The translations under genes and the position numbers were made by a program. Shown in pieces: positions 31,243-41,523 of a stretch of DNA of 62,954 nucleotides. The notes beneath the pieces are model-generated. The model saw only the letters and a program-made list of their open reading frames with translations. It did not search any database and was not told where the DNA came from. The stretch comes from a virus (Duplodnaviria; Caudoviricetes): positions 1-62,954 of IMG/VR virus record IMGVR_UViG_3300021093_000072, one strand, 5' to 3'. Numbering within the stretch: position 1 is the stretch's first letter; every line of letters begins with the position of its first letter.

Positions 31243-31386
31243 ATGGAATACCTTATGTTGGCTGAAAATTCCACTTCTAGTGTCTTGGGAACGGTCTTCT
31301 ACACCATATGCATATTTGTTGCAGGTGCAGTTATAGGTCAGGGCTTGTGGAAGTGGGTACAAAAGTTCTTGCCCTGGAATAAGTGA
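31243..31386 (+). CDS. 47-aa small membrane protein, absent from the ORF track
   Basis: AAGGAGGT RBS at 31231-31238; MEYLMLAENSTSSVLGTVFYTICIFVAGAVIGQGLWKWVQKFLPWNK; hydrophobic helix. Confidence 0.75.
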   Translation: MEYLMLAENSTSSVLGTVFYTICIFVAGAVIGQGLWKWVQKFLPWNK

Positions 31387-31388
31387 TG

Positions 31389-31467
<79 letters not shown>

Positions 31468-31468
<1 letters not shown>

Positions 31469-31881
31469 CACACCCTCTTAGTTAAACTTACAATGCCAAT
31501 ATGCAGCACTGACCCAGGATTGGAACTATCTGGTTGGTTATAGACTTGAACATCTCTAACTGCCCATCCTAGACCAATCTGCTCAGAAGCATGCTTTACT
31601 GCTGCATGCGAAAAAGCATCCGCCATCACAGCATGCAGCATTTCTGGACGACCTTCCATGGCATGGATCGCAAATTGAAGTTTCTTGTCTTTTTTTCCAA
31701 GCCCCACAAGGCGAGATGCCCTGACAAGTATGCCATCAGCATTTTTTGCAATGCCCATATTTAGACCTGAAACCCTGCTGAAGGCACCATATACCGTTTT
31801 GTGGGGGGAAGACTGCTGTCGCCTGTTTTTGGGAGACAGTCGGAATATGTTACTCAGCTTGTGCAGCATTTGGTTCAACAA
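31468..31881 (-). CDS. Hypothetical protein
   Basis: ORF tiling. Confidence 0.5.
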
Positions 31882-32425
31882 CCCCCCTTATTGGGGGGGC
31901 AGGAATAAACCCATCGCCAACAGGTGGCTCAGGATTATATTCTGAAGCAACCATGTCTGTAAGACCCATCATATCAATAAAAGCTCTCTGAGCCCTTCCT
32001 CCTCCTGGGCACGACCTGTCAGATGGATTTTTGAGTTTAACCCCTAGCTTTCTCATAGACTCAGAAAATGCTCTGCCGGCATCAAGAGACTCTTTTGTCT
32101 GACTAAGTGAGACACGAGAACTAATGGTGTCTACGCATATGGTGTCGTCAGAAAAGTAAAGCATGTGTAGTAGTATGTCTGGATTAAAATCTGACCTATA
32201 GTAAACAATATTTCCGACACCCTCTGCAACATGAGTTTCTTGCATATTAGAGTGACCAAACATCCCACGCCTGATACTTCTCCGCATGCCATCAAGAATA
32301 TCATTTGGGCTTCTATGGTGCCTAGCGACCAATACAAATGTCTCAAGACCAGACCAAAATCCATTTGGGCCAAGAGGTTCTTGCGCCTGAGCAAGTTTAG
32401 AGCGATGTAGCCAGTTACTGAACAT
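31850..32425 (-). CDS. Hypothetical protein with NW..SKLAQ leader motif
   Basis: 191-aa ORF overlapping both neighbours. Confidence 0.6.
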   Translation of the reverse strand: MFSNWLHRSKLAQAQEPLGPNGFWSGLETFVLVARHHRSPNDILDGMRRSIRRGMFGHSNMQETHVAEGVGNIVYYRSDFNPDILLHMLYFSDDTICVDTISSRVSLSQTKESLDAGRAFSESMRKLGVKLKNPSDRSCPGGGRAQRAFIDMMGLTDMVASEYNPEPPVGDGFIPAPPIRGVVEPNAAQAE

Positions 32426-34505
32426 GCTCTAACTCTCTATCATCGCGATTCCACCTGTGCTCGTATAAATCCTGAGCGGCATCCATTATTGGTTTTGGCA
32501 ATTTCATCCTGAATGTCTGATTTTGAAAATTGTGAATAAGCATGGCTGCATATTGTGCAGTTGCACCCTTGTCTCTTGAAATGGCAGCTTCGCCTTCTAT
32601 GAATCTGCCTTGAAGTATGTACACGGCATATGTGGCAGCTGCATGCGGATCCAATTTGAGGTACGGTATAAGTATTGGGGCGATCCCACTAGGATTTATA
32701 TGTGCACGATGCATCTTCAATATGACGTCTAATGCCCTCTGGGGGTTATTTCTGAAACTTGCAACAAACCCTACCAATTCAGGACCCTTGAATGCGGGCG
32801 CATCTGGATGGTACATGTACTCATGAAATACGCCTTCGTGTTTCAATATTTCTTCCTTTATTTCTGCAGTGATGCCGTTGAATGCTCTTGCTTGGGCGGC
32901 TAAAACATTCGCCCTATTTAAGGCATTCATGTTCATTTTTTCCTCAAATGCGGGTCTGCGTTCGCCCTTCATCCTTACATATTCTAGATATGCTGGTATA
33001 ATGGGAAGTTTTCTTTCAATGAGGTCTCCAAGCGAATCGATTACAGATTTGAATGCTTGATAGGTTCTTTGTCCGTTAACCAAAAGTTTATGTATTGCTG
33101 AAAGTCCAGACTCAACATCTTCATCGTTTCCACCGATTTTTTTGAGGAGCCAAGGCTTTACAAATCTATTCCACTGACTTTCGTTCCAGTTCACCAACTT
33201 TGCCATAGCTATTGAAGACTTGGGATGATTTGAAAATGCAACGCTAATGCACTGGGCTGGGTCGTCCAACATTTTATTTGCTATGCTTGTTTCTTCAATC
33301 CATCGGATGAGCGATATATATCTACTGCCCGTTTGCATTTCTTCGTTATCGTATTTGTATTCTGGATGTATTTTCATGAACGCCGAAATCTCGTCCACAT
33401 ACTCTTGTGGCTCAGAATTTTCCCTATTCTGCATGTGAATGCATTTATTTCCTTGAAATGCTATCGCTGCAAGACCGCGAGCTCCTGATTCGTCAAGAAG
33501 AACCCATATAGGCCCTGATCTGGCATATTGTTCATATCCCCATTGTTGTCTTATGCACACTCGACCACCCATGAATATTTTATGCAACCATGTAATTTTG
33601 CTATTTTCATCAGGGAATTCCTCATTTGTCTGCCCCACCTGAGGAACCTTCTTCCATTTTTCGGCCTTCCTTTCAACATCTTTTTCATACTGCTGATCTC
33701 TTATATTTTTATCAACTCTTTCAACGACATATAAGTCATAAAGATCCTGCCCAACAAGGCTGAATCTTGCGCCCAAAACTCTATCTCTTTTCTTGGCTAT
33801 GTCTAGATCACGATCTAGCTGTTGCCTCGTCTGCCTCCAAGCATTCATGGCTTCTGCAGAAACTTGATCTGCTTGAGGTTTTTGCGAATCCCATTGTTGA
33901 AGAGCATATTGCGCCAAAGACACCTGCCTGCTTGCTTCGGACAATTCAGCATCATCAGGATCAACCCCTCCTGATGAATTGCCCTCGACTCTTTCCGCTG
34001 CCTGGTCTGCGGTCTCTAAAAAATGGGTGAGCACGGAAGCAACCAATCCATTGTCAGGGACATCGGCAGGTGACGATGATGTTACATCAAATCTGTCAGC
34101 AACCCCACGTAGCATGGTGTATGAGAATTCTGGGAAATTCACATAATCAGCAGATAGTGTCTGAACCCACATGATGGCCCTTTCCCTTTTCCTTTCTGCC
34201 ACCTGCTCCCTAGTGGTGTTGTGCGCCTGCATTATTAGCATTGATTTGTTGTTAGGAACAAACTGATCATCTAAAGATGGTGATGTGAATTTCTCAATTA
34301 ATGGGTTAAGAAGGTATACCCGTATCCATGCCCTCATGGTGGTGTCGGGATCATTTGATGCACGCAATTCTTGTGTCAGATTTTCTCTCATGGGCTTGAT
34401 TTTTGCCTCAAAGCGCCGGGCAAATCTGAGTAGGGTGTTATCTTTGACACCAAGATTCTTCAGGTCTGCATCAATTGCAGCGAATTTAAGCATGTGTTTG
34501 TTCAT
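32415..34505 (-). CDS. Large hypothetical protein
   Basis: 696-aa ORF. Confidence 0.75.
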   Translation of the reverse strand: MNKHMLKFAAIDADLKNLGVKDNTLLRFARRFEAKIKPMRENLTQELRASNDPDTTMRAWIRVYLLNPLIEKFTSPSLDDQFVPNNKSMLIMQAHNTTREQVAERKRERAIMWVQTLSADYVNFPEFSYTMLRGVADRFDVTSSSPADVPDNGLVASVLTHFLETADQAAERVEGNSSGGVDPDDAELSEASRQVSLAQYALQQWDSQKPQADQVSAEAMNAWRQTRQQLDRDLDIAKKRDRVLGARFSLVGQDLYDLYVVERVDKNIRDQQYEKDVERKAEKWKKVPQVGQTNEEFPDENSKITWLHKIFMGGRVCIRQQWGYEQYARSGPIWVLLDESGARGLAAIAFQGNKCIHMQNRENSEPQEYVDEISAFMKIHPEYKYDNEEMQTGSRYISLIRWIEETSIANKMLDDPAQCISVAFSNHPKSSIAMAKLVNWNESQWNRFVKPWLLKKIGGNDEDVESGLSAIHKLLVNGQRTYQAFKSVIDSLGDLIERKLPIIPAYLEYVRMKGERRPAFEEKMNMNALNRANVLAAQARAFNGITAEIKEEILKHEGVFHEYMYHPDAPAFKGPELVGFVASFRNNPQRALDVILKMHRAHINPSGIAPILIPYLKLDPHAAATYAVYILQGRFIEGEAAISRDKGATAQYAAMLIHNFQNQTFRMKLPKPIMDAAQDLYEHRWNRDDRELEHVQ

Positions 34506-34563
34506 GGTGTAACATTATTTTCAAACAAAAACCGTTTTCTACCTCTTGTGATTAGACACTTGC

Positions 34564-35313
34564 CTATCGGTTATTTGTGGTTCTTTCAATTTTATACAGA
34601 AAAGGGATCCTTCTGATCCTGCATGGCGGTCTTAGCATATTCCAGTGCCTGTGCATCATAACTTCTATGTTGTTTTTTGCATGTGGGCGGTATATTTTGT
34701 TTCCAAACGCTTCCAAAAACGACATCAAATGAACCACCGGTCTCCTGCCTCCAGCCCAAAATTGATCAGGAACCCAGTTATGGTGAGACCACGGCTTTGG
34801 AGGTTCGTCCCCACGCCATTTGTGCCCCTCCCTGTCTGGTATGCAGACGATGTTGCCAGCATGACCCAACCACTCTGGCGAGAACATTTCTTTGAAAATC
34901 AGATCGATTCTTGTCCTTATCACGAATTTATATTGAATGGACCGCCTTCGTTCCGATTCTATCATCATATCTCTAGCACTCAATACAGAATGGTATTGAC
35001 TTTCGTATGATGGCGCTTCTTTGATGGGAACCGATATGTGGCAATCGCGTTCGAAAAAATTTACGGGACACTCGAGCTGAAAATTAGTATTTTTAATACC
35101 ATCGAAAGCACGATACACAGTTTCGTGCGTCACAGGCTCACCAACATCCCATGAGTATCTGTCAAAACTTTTGTTTAGCCAAAAGTGACAGAATACATCC
35201 ACATTGTCAAAACGTTCGCACAATGGTCTGTGGAGCATATCTCGGAAAGAATTCATAACCACATCTGTGATCCTTGCCTGCCCAGATATACATATGGCGA
35301 TATCAGTAGTCAC
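34564..35313 (-). CDS. Putative glycosyltransferase-like protein, paralog 1
   Basis: AICISGQAR, DVFCHFW, YKFVIRTRID, PDQFW. Confidence 0.6.
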   Translation of the reverse strand: MTTDIAICISGQARITDVVMNSFRDMLHRPLCERFDNVDVFCHFWLNKSFDRYSWDVGEPVTHETVYRAFDGIKNTNFQLECPVNFFERDCHISVPIKEAPSYESQYHSVLSARDMMIESERRRSIQYKFVIRTRIDLIFKEMFSPEWLGHAGNIVCIPDREGHKWRGDEPPKPWSHHNWVPDQFWAGGRRPVVHLMSFLEAFGNKIYRPHAKNNIEVMMHRHWNMLRPPCRIRRIPFLYKIERTTNNR

Positions 35314-36095
35314 ATTTTTGCCCTGCGCAAGTCGTGCTGCCTGCCGCTCGTTCTCAGCAGGACAAAATTAATTGGCATGTGCACAACCCTAATTCCGCAG
35401 TCTTTCAGGTGGTGCCCAAAGATTGTTTCAGGATGGAGCGTAACTCCTAGTTGCGTCACATATCTCTCGAGATGGTCTGCTATCATCATTGCCTGAATCC
35501 ATATATCTCTTTTTGCTAAGAAAAACTGATCGTTGCAGCCACCATCTCTATGAAAGTTGCAGAAATGCGGCGCAACGAGACTGCCTTCAGCAACATGACT
35601 CATAATCTCATCCCATTTTGGTGTTTCTATAAACTTGATATCAAAACGGGTTCGCATGCATATGTCATGTTTGCCATGCTCAGACTCAAGCGCATGAAAC
35701 ACATCAACGCCCCTTCCCCAGCAGTCAAACATCCCCACGGCGCCGTTGATGGCACGGGCTGCATGGTTGTGTGGCATTTTTAGATGTACCGATTTGACAC
35801 GATCATGATTGTTTGCCCACCTGAAAGCCGCTTCATGGCCGAAGGCCCAAGGCACAAGGTCACGATGTTTGTCAGATACAAGCACATGAGGTGTCTTACA
35901 AACCTGCTTGAACCGCTTTATGGTTTCTGAAGCCGATTCTGACCACCCTCTGCCATCGTGAACATTGTACCCAATGGTGGAGTAGGTTGCAGCGGCCATG
36001 TTCAATGGAACATGTGACTGAACGTGTTTAACGAATGAGGGATGACAATGCTGCCATGACCTTATGTGACCACAGAAAATTGCAGCAACCTTCAT
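35310..36095 (-). CDS. Putative glycosyltransferase-like protein, paralog 2
   Basis: MKVAAIFCGHIR, RTRFD, NDQFF, HPET; ATGA overlaps. Confidence 0.6.
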   Translation of the reverse strand: MKVAAIFCGHIRSWQHCHPSFVKHVQSHVPLNMAAATYSTIGYNVHDGRGWSESASETIKRFKQVCKTPHVLVSDKHRDLVPWAFGHEAAFRWANNHDRVKSVHLKMPHNHAARAINGAVGMFDCWGRGVDVFHALESEHGKHDICMRTRFDIKFIETPKWDEIMSHVAEGSLVAPHFCNFHRDGGCNDQFFLAKRDIWIQAMMIADHLERYVTQLGVTLHPETIFGHHLKDCGIRVVHMPINFVLLRTSGRQHDLRRAKM

Positions 36096-36838
36096 TTGTT
36101 GTTTATTGTGCGTTCGATTTTGATCAAAAATCGGAATGGTATCCACTTTATGCCCGCTGCTTCGGAGTGCGCCCAAAGCATATTCTCTATGTTATTACCA
36201 AAACTTGTCAATTTTGGATGCCACTTCTTGTAGAAAGACATCATATGTACCATCGGCCCCATGGGACCCATCCACATCTGGTCGGGAAGCCATGTTTTCT
36301 TGGTCTTCCATTGCTTTGGCGGTTCATCCCCCTTCCACCCCCAACCCTCTGTTGCCGGGATCATACACTTGCTGACCGCCGCATTAATTGATATCGCAGA
36401 TATAGGTTTGCAATAGATCAGATCGGCTCTCGTTTTGATCACAAGCGAAGGTTGTTTTCTAGTTTCTCCAATATGATGCTTCATCAACTTACATGCTTTT
36501 TGCAAGCAATAATACTGACTTTCATAACTAGGGGCTTCTGCAAGCGGTACCCGTATACGATTTGAGCCCCTCTTTGAAAAAAAGTCTATATCGTCTTCGA
36601 AGTGCATTATTTCAGGCGAAATCTGCTCTCGAGTAAAATTAATCAGACGCTCTTCTACATTTTTCATTTCTGATGGCACGAATTTGTTGTAACTGTTTTT
36701 CCCCCAGGTGCAAGATATCACAATTGGATTAAACCCATTATCGCGCAAAGGCTTGATCATGTGATCCCGAAGGCTACACACCGACTCCTCGGTGTACCTA
36801 GGCTGACCTGAAATAATCACATAAGCATGCTGTGGCAT
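36092..36838 (-). CDS. Putative glycosyltransferase-like protein, paralog 3
   Basis: ISGQPR, EAPSYESQY, KTRADL, GDEPPK.W, PDQMW, NNIE shared with paralog 1. Confidence 0.6.
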   Translation of the reverse strand: MPQHAYVIISGQPRYTEESVCSLRDHMIKPLRDNGFNPIVISCTWGKNSYNKFVPSEMKNVEERLINFTREQISPEIMHFEDDIDFFSKRGSNRIRVPLAEAPSYESQYYCLQKACKLMKHHIGETRKQPSLVIKTRADLIYCKPISAISINAAVSKCMIPATEGWGWKGDEPPKQWKTKKTWLPDQMWMGPMGPMVHMMSFYKKWHPKLTSFGNNIENMLWAHSEAAGIKWIPFRFLIKIERTINNK

Positions 36839-36840
36839 TT

Positions 36841-38694
36841 TTATGTAAACATCTCTTCATACAAGGTTACGAATTTAGGCACATTGGCGTTGTCATGCAT
36901 CGGCATCAGCGAGGCAAGAAGAGAAGAGGCTATGAGCCTCACATCTTTGAGCCCTTGTGCCCCAAACCTTCCCACGATCCACTCTTCGTATCTTCCTATC
37001 AGTTCGTTTCTATTTTTTGGGTAGTCTTGCCCCAATATTATTGAGTCGTACCCAGAAATGCTCTGGTACACCTTGCCAAAGTCGTAAAGTCTATCTCCAA
37101 ATATGCTCAACAGATTCCCCAACTTTCCTCTTGGGTCTATGAACTTTATGCCGCGACCTATGAAAACATTGCTGAAAACCGGGTCCCCATGGATCACACT
37201 AGCATTGATCCTGTTTGACGATTCATACTCCAAAAGACTAGTAATAATCGTCAATATGTGCTTGCCCATGCCTATGCTGGTAAAATCGTAGTATTTCATC
37301 CTTTCATTTATTTTTGATGTGTAGTTAGCGCACACATCCTCGTTCAAAATTTTTGGAATACTCATGCTTGCATGTATCTGCATTAAGGATTCTAATATGG
37401 AAGAGATGTCATCAAATGACATGTCGCCTGAAGCATAGAGGTGGCTCGCAGGATGACCGTCTATCTTTTCCATGCTGATAGTATTCCCTAACACAGAAAT
37501 GATAGAAGGAAAAAACTTTCTGATTGCGTTTGGCATATTACTGTAGAAATACACTTCTCCATCATTGCCAGAATGCTTGATCACATGATCTTTTCTTATA
37601 TCTACAGTGTTATGGCGCCTCGCCACTATAGTCTTTGGATAAACACCAATCCACTTTTCAAGTTCAGACCATGCTGGAACTGCAAAATCATCTATATAAA
37701 AATGAGCGTATGGCTTGCCAAAGACAAGCTCATCATGTGGTATATTAAACTTTAAGAGCGTTTCTCTGGTAATATCACCGATGTCCTCGATGACCATGGA
37801 GACATTGCCTTTGTATGTTTTCATTCTTCTTGCTGTATATATGATGATATGAGCGCCGCGATCCTTGGCCATCCTGAGGAACTCAATGTTCTCATGTATC
37901 GGATCTACCGTTGAATAGTCGCCCCTGATGCGCGGGTGACTCACCAGGGTTCCGTCAAGGTCGAAGCAGAGTCGTAGGTCATCGCAACAGCGTTGGTCAG
38001 CAGAGCACACCTCTCGCAACTGCTCGGGTGTGCCCAAGCATTTATACGGTTCGTAAACGGGAGCTATGAACTTTTTGCCAGAACTGAGCAGTCGTGATAT
38101 AACATTGCTTATGTAGTATTCTCCTCTGCTGCTCTCCCCCATGCGAATGACATGCTTGCAGGCTTCTTTGAGCTCGCTAGCGCATGGAAAGAAATATGCT
38201 CCGCTGCATGCCCTATCTGATATCTTATCCTTTTCTGCAATCGCCATAACCAACCCGGAATCATCACATGAAACATAAGAGAATATGGCAGTCTGACCCT
38301 TGTCTTCAAAGCAGAATATGGCCCCACAAGAAAGAACTTGACTTGTTTCCGCCACGAATCGCGGATGCAGGACATCGCAATCCAAGACAAGCACCGATTC
38401 ATGATCGCCAACACCTTCAAGCCCAAGCAGCAAGGTTTCTGCAGGCCCTCGCGTAGTTCTCTCGAGTTCAACCTTGTCTATACCATCGTGGCCTGCGTGC
38501 GATATAAGTTCGTCTATACGCCAGCCCCTGTGCATTCTGTTCAGTATTATCCTTGCAGGTCTTGTCACTCCTACAGACTCCACAACACGAACCACCATTG
38601 GCTTTCCATCCACCATGGTTGCTGGCTTTGGAGATGGATATTCCTGTTGAGAAAATCGTTCCCCAAGCCCGGCTGCCAATATTATGGTTATCAT
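36841..38694 (-). CDS. Trifunctional sugar nucleotidyltransferase + HAD (EcbF/BcbF-like) phosphatase + APH-like kinase
   Basis: ILAAGLGERF..PKP; CFDLDGTL, YTARRM, FGKPYAHFYIDD; IHGDPVFSN, FIDPRG, YDFGK. Confidence 0.88.
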   Translation of the reverse strand: MITIILAAGLGERFSQQEYPSPKPATMVDGKPMVVRVVESVGVTRPARIILNRMHRGWRIDELISHAGHDGIDKVELERTTRGPAETLLLGLEGVGDHESVLVLDCDVLHPRFVAETSQVLSCGAIFCFEDKGQTAIFSYVSCDDSGLVMAIAEKDKISDRACSGAYFFPCASELKEACKHVIRMGESSRGEYYISNVISRLLSSGKKFIAPVYEPYKCLGTPEQLREVCSADQRCCDDLRLCFDLDGTLVSHPRIRGDYSTVDPIHENIEFLRMAKDRGAHIIIYTARRMKTYKGNVSMVIEDIGDITRETLLKFNIPHDELVFGKPYAHFYIDDFAVPAWSELEKWIGVYPKTIVARRHNTVDIRKDHVIKHSGNDGEVYFYSNMPNAIRKFFPSIISVLGNTISMEKIDGHPASHLYASGDMSFDDISSILESLMQIHASMSIPKILNEDVCANYTSKINERMKYYDFTSIGMGKHILTIITSLLEYESSNRINASVIHGDPVFSNVFIGRGIKFIDPRGKLGNLLSIFGDRLYDFGKVYQSISGYDSIILGQDYPKNRNELIGRYEEWIVGRFGAQGLKDVRLIASSLLASLMPMHDNANVPKFVTLYEEMFT

Positions 38695-39803
38695 TGCTCA
38701 TCACCTTTCATGACCTTATTTGCACGAGAGATACCCATGGCAATGGCCTGATGCATATCGTAATACCTGTACGAGCCCATCCTTCCACCCGTTATTATGC
38801 CTCCACAGGCATCCTCAGCAGCTTTTTCATACTTCTTCTGAACGAAATTATTTTCTATATTATTTATTGGATAAAATGGTTCTGCATCCCCCTCAAATGG
38901 TTGAGGAAATTCATAGACTATATGTGAATTCAAAACCTTAACGCCATCAAGGTGTGCATACTCGACCGACCTGGTGAACGGCACAGAATCGGAAGTGTAA
39001 TTTACCACCGAGCCGCCCTGAGCATCTGCAGTGTAACTTGGCCGCCTCTCAAACCTTATACTTCTGTATGGCAATTTACCGAAACAATATCCGCATAACC
39101 TATCCAAAGACCCACTGAAAACCAACCTGCCCGATTGAGAAAATTTTGCAGTGTCTTCCATAAAATCGGCATTCAGCTCAACATCACATCCGGACAGCAT
39201 GTTTGCGCACGCTTTTGTATATCCACCAACTGGCATGCCAACATATTTGTCATCGTAATAGGAATCATTGTAGTCAAATCTGATTGGTACCCTCTTCACA
39301 ACTTCAGCGGGAACTTCTGAAGGATCCATCCCCCACTGTTTCCTTGTGTAGCCCTCAAAGAATGTCTTATATATTTCTTCTCCAGCATAATGAAGAATTC
39401 TATTCTTGGCGTTTGCGTTGGGATCTATATCTTTAATTCTGACCGAATCTAGTTTTTTCATCGCCTGTTGTGGCGTGCTTACGCCCCACAACTGTGACAT
39501 GGTCAGCAGATTGATAGGGAACGAAAACATACGCCCATGGAAATTGACACGCACGGTGTGATGAATCTGTCTCAATTCACAGAACTGAGACATCCAGTTC
39601 CACAACCTCACATCATTTGTGTGAAATATGTGCGGACCATACACATGATGAAACACTCCATCGATCTCAACATCGTGGGCGTTGCCAGCCACGTGGTCGC
39701 GTTTGTCAATTACAAGTACGGATGCCCCGGCATTTTTTGCCGTGTGGGCGAATGCGCATCCAAAAAGTCCTGCGCCAACAACGACGAAGTCGTATTTTGG
39801 CAC
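38691..39803 (-). CDS. glf: UDP-galactopyranose mutase
   Basis: VVGAGLFG, HVYGPHIFHTN, GYTRKQWG, LPYRS, EPFYP, GRMGSYRYYDM. Confidence 0.95.
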   Translation of the reverse strand: MPKYDFVVVGAGLFGCAFAHTAKNAGASVLVIDKRDHVAGNAHDVEIDGVFHHVYGPHIFHTNDVRLWNWMSQFCELRQIHHTVRVNFHGRMFSFPINLLTMSQLWGVSTPQQAMKKLDSVRIKDIDPNANAKNRILHYAGEEIYKTFFEGYTRKQWGMDPSEVPAEVVKRVPIRFDYNDSYYDDKYVGMPVGGYTKACANMLSGCDVELNADFMEDTAKFSQSGRLVFSGSLDRLCGYCFGKLPYRSIRFERRPSYTADAQGGSVVNYTSDSVPFTRSVEYAHLDGVKVLNSHIVYEFPQPFEGDAEPFYPINNIENNFVQKKYEKAAEDACGGIITGGRMGSYRYYDMHQAIAMGISRANKVMKGDEQ

Positions 39804-39806
39804 CCT

Positions 39807-41249
39807 TCATCCCTTGAGTGATCTTAAGACTCTATACGCCTCTTCGAATTCGTCACGTAAAAGACTCGAGAAAAAAAGCGACCTGTCTGACGGAGAGGCG
39901 ATGTACAATGCCTTCAGAATCTTCTGGTAGTTCACGGTCGGATACTTCTTCTCGATGTGGTTCACGAATGCCTTGATTTTTCGATCAAGGGCTCCTCCAG
40001 ACTGGAATCCAAGCGCCTCCACGGATTTTGAGCCTGTCGCAGCATTAAAATGATTCTTATTCTGCGCCGCCGCATCATTGTTGTTTAATCCATGCAAAGA
40101 ATTGATTCTTATGCCGCCCGCGACGAGTTCATATACCAGAAGTGGGAATGTGATGGCCTTGGCGTGTACCTTCCATTTGACCTTGTTGCCATCCTCGTCC
40201 TCCCACTCTTCACGAACCAGGTCGTTGGAGCCCATGTTTTCGGCGAACTTCTGGTTGCCATAAAAGTCGTATGTAAAGTGGCATCCGGCAAGCAACTTGG
40301 CAAGTCGGTGATATTTGGCAACGATGTCGCCGGGTACACGGGCATCGTCGATAAGACCTTCGGCGATGGCCTGGAACTCCATCATTGCATTGAGCCCGGC
40401 GCCCTGGGCAAGGAACTGCATGGGTATCTGGGCCTCGATGGCATCGTTGACATCCATGGCATCCAGATTGTTCTCTCCCATCTCTTCTTGTATCTCGTTC
40501 TGCTGGCGACCATGCTCGTGCGGATTGTTTGAAATCTGTCCACCGCCCGTGGTAACGAGTTCGGCCTTGAACATCTCTTTCGAAAGCCCGAGCTTTTTGG
40601 CCGCTATAGCCTCCGCAAGGCGCTCAAGCTGGTTCTTGTGGGCAGCCTCAAAAGCAGCGAGTTGACCAAATAGTTGCTGCATGACGCCCATCACAGATCG
40701 GACATTTGGGGCTGAGTCCGCCTCCCTTATGGATGCGATTCCATGGTGCGAACTCTCCTTTGCCAGTTCGTAAGCATGCTGCCGGAAGAAATCCGTCTGT
40801 GTTGCATGGTTCCTGTGGGGATCATTGCCTGCGGTAATCGCGTTCCAGGTTAGCTGGATGCCATTGTCGGTATCCACATGCCAGTTGCCGTCGGCCTGAG
40901 CAGCACGCTTGAACCAGTTGTTCTGAGGATCAGGTATGATCTTAGGTAGCTCACCTGGCTTGAAGGGCACAACCCACTCATCATCATCAGGATCAGTTTC
41001 GGGAGTGGCAGGGACAACATCTGGCTCTGTCTGTGGCGGAGCCGTGGCCGGGCCTGGGCCTGAACGGGTTGCACGATTCTGAGGATCAGGTACGATCTGA
41101 GGTATCTCACCTGGCTTGAAGGGAACCTCCCACTCGTCAGGATCAGTTTCGGGAGTGGCAGGGGCAACATCAGGCTCTGTCTGTGGCGGAGCCGTGGGGG
41201 CAGCAAAAGCAGATTTCTGCCATGACGAAATGTTGAAGTATCTCTTCAT
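39807..41249 (-). CDS. Phage protein with duplicated Pro/Thr/Glu-rich N-terminal repeat
   Basis: TAPPQTEPDV.PATPETDPD...PFKPGE.P.I.PDPQN occurs twice; FP.LVYEL..G core. Confidence 0.75.
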   Translation of the reverse strand: MKRYFNISSWQKSAFAAPTAPPQTEPDVAPATPETDPDEWEVPFKPGEIPQIVPDPQNRATRSGPGPATAPPQTEPDVVPATPETDPDDDEWVVPFKPGELPKIIPDPQNNWFKRAAQADGNWHVDTDNGIQLTWNAITAGNDPHRNHATQTDFFRQHAYELAKESSHHGIASIREADSAPNVRSVMGVMQQLFGQLAAFEAAHKNQLERLAEAIAAKKLGLSKEMFKAELVTTGGGQISNNPHEHGRQQNEIQEEMGENNLDAMDVNDAIEAQIPMQFLAQGAGLNAMMEFQAIAEGLIDDARVPGDIVAKYHRLAKLLAGCHFTYDFYGNQKFAENMGSNDLVREEWEDEDGNKVKWKVHAKAITFPLLVYELVAGGIRINSLHGLNNNDAAAQNKNHFNAATGSKSVEALGFQSGGALDRKIKAFVNHIEKKYPTVNYQKILKALYIASPSDRSLFFSSLLRDEFEEAYRVLRSLKG

Positions 41250-41523
41250 GGTTTATTTTTCGACATTTGCTTTTGGTGCACCTCTGTATTGACGAAAGGA
41301 AAAGACCTGTCTCCTTGTAAAAGTCTTTATGGACAATTGGAAGGATCATAGTGTTAGCAGCGAGTTTCGCGCGGCTCTTTGGCGCCGCGAGCGGCGGCTC
41401 GCCATGGAGAAAATGATGCTGATACAAGAAACCAAGAAAGAACAGGCAAAAATAGGTATGTTGGGTAAATTTATGAGATTTTTGCGCTTGACTTTTTTGG
41501 GCAAAACAGGTTAAGATCAAGCC

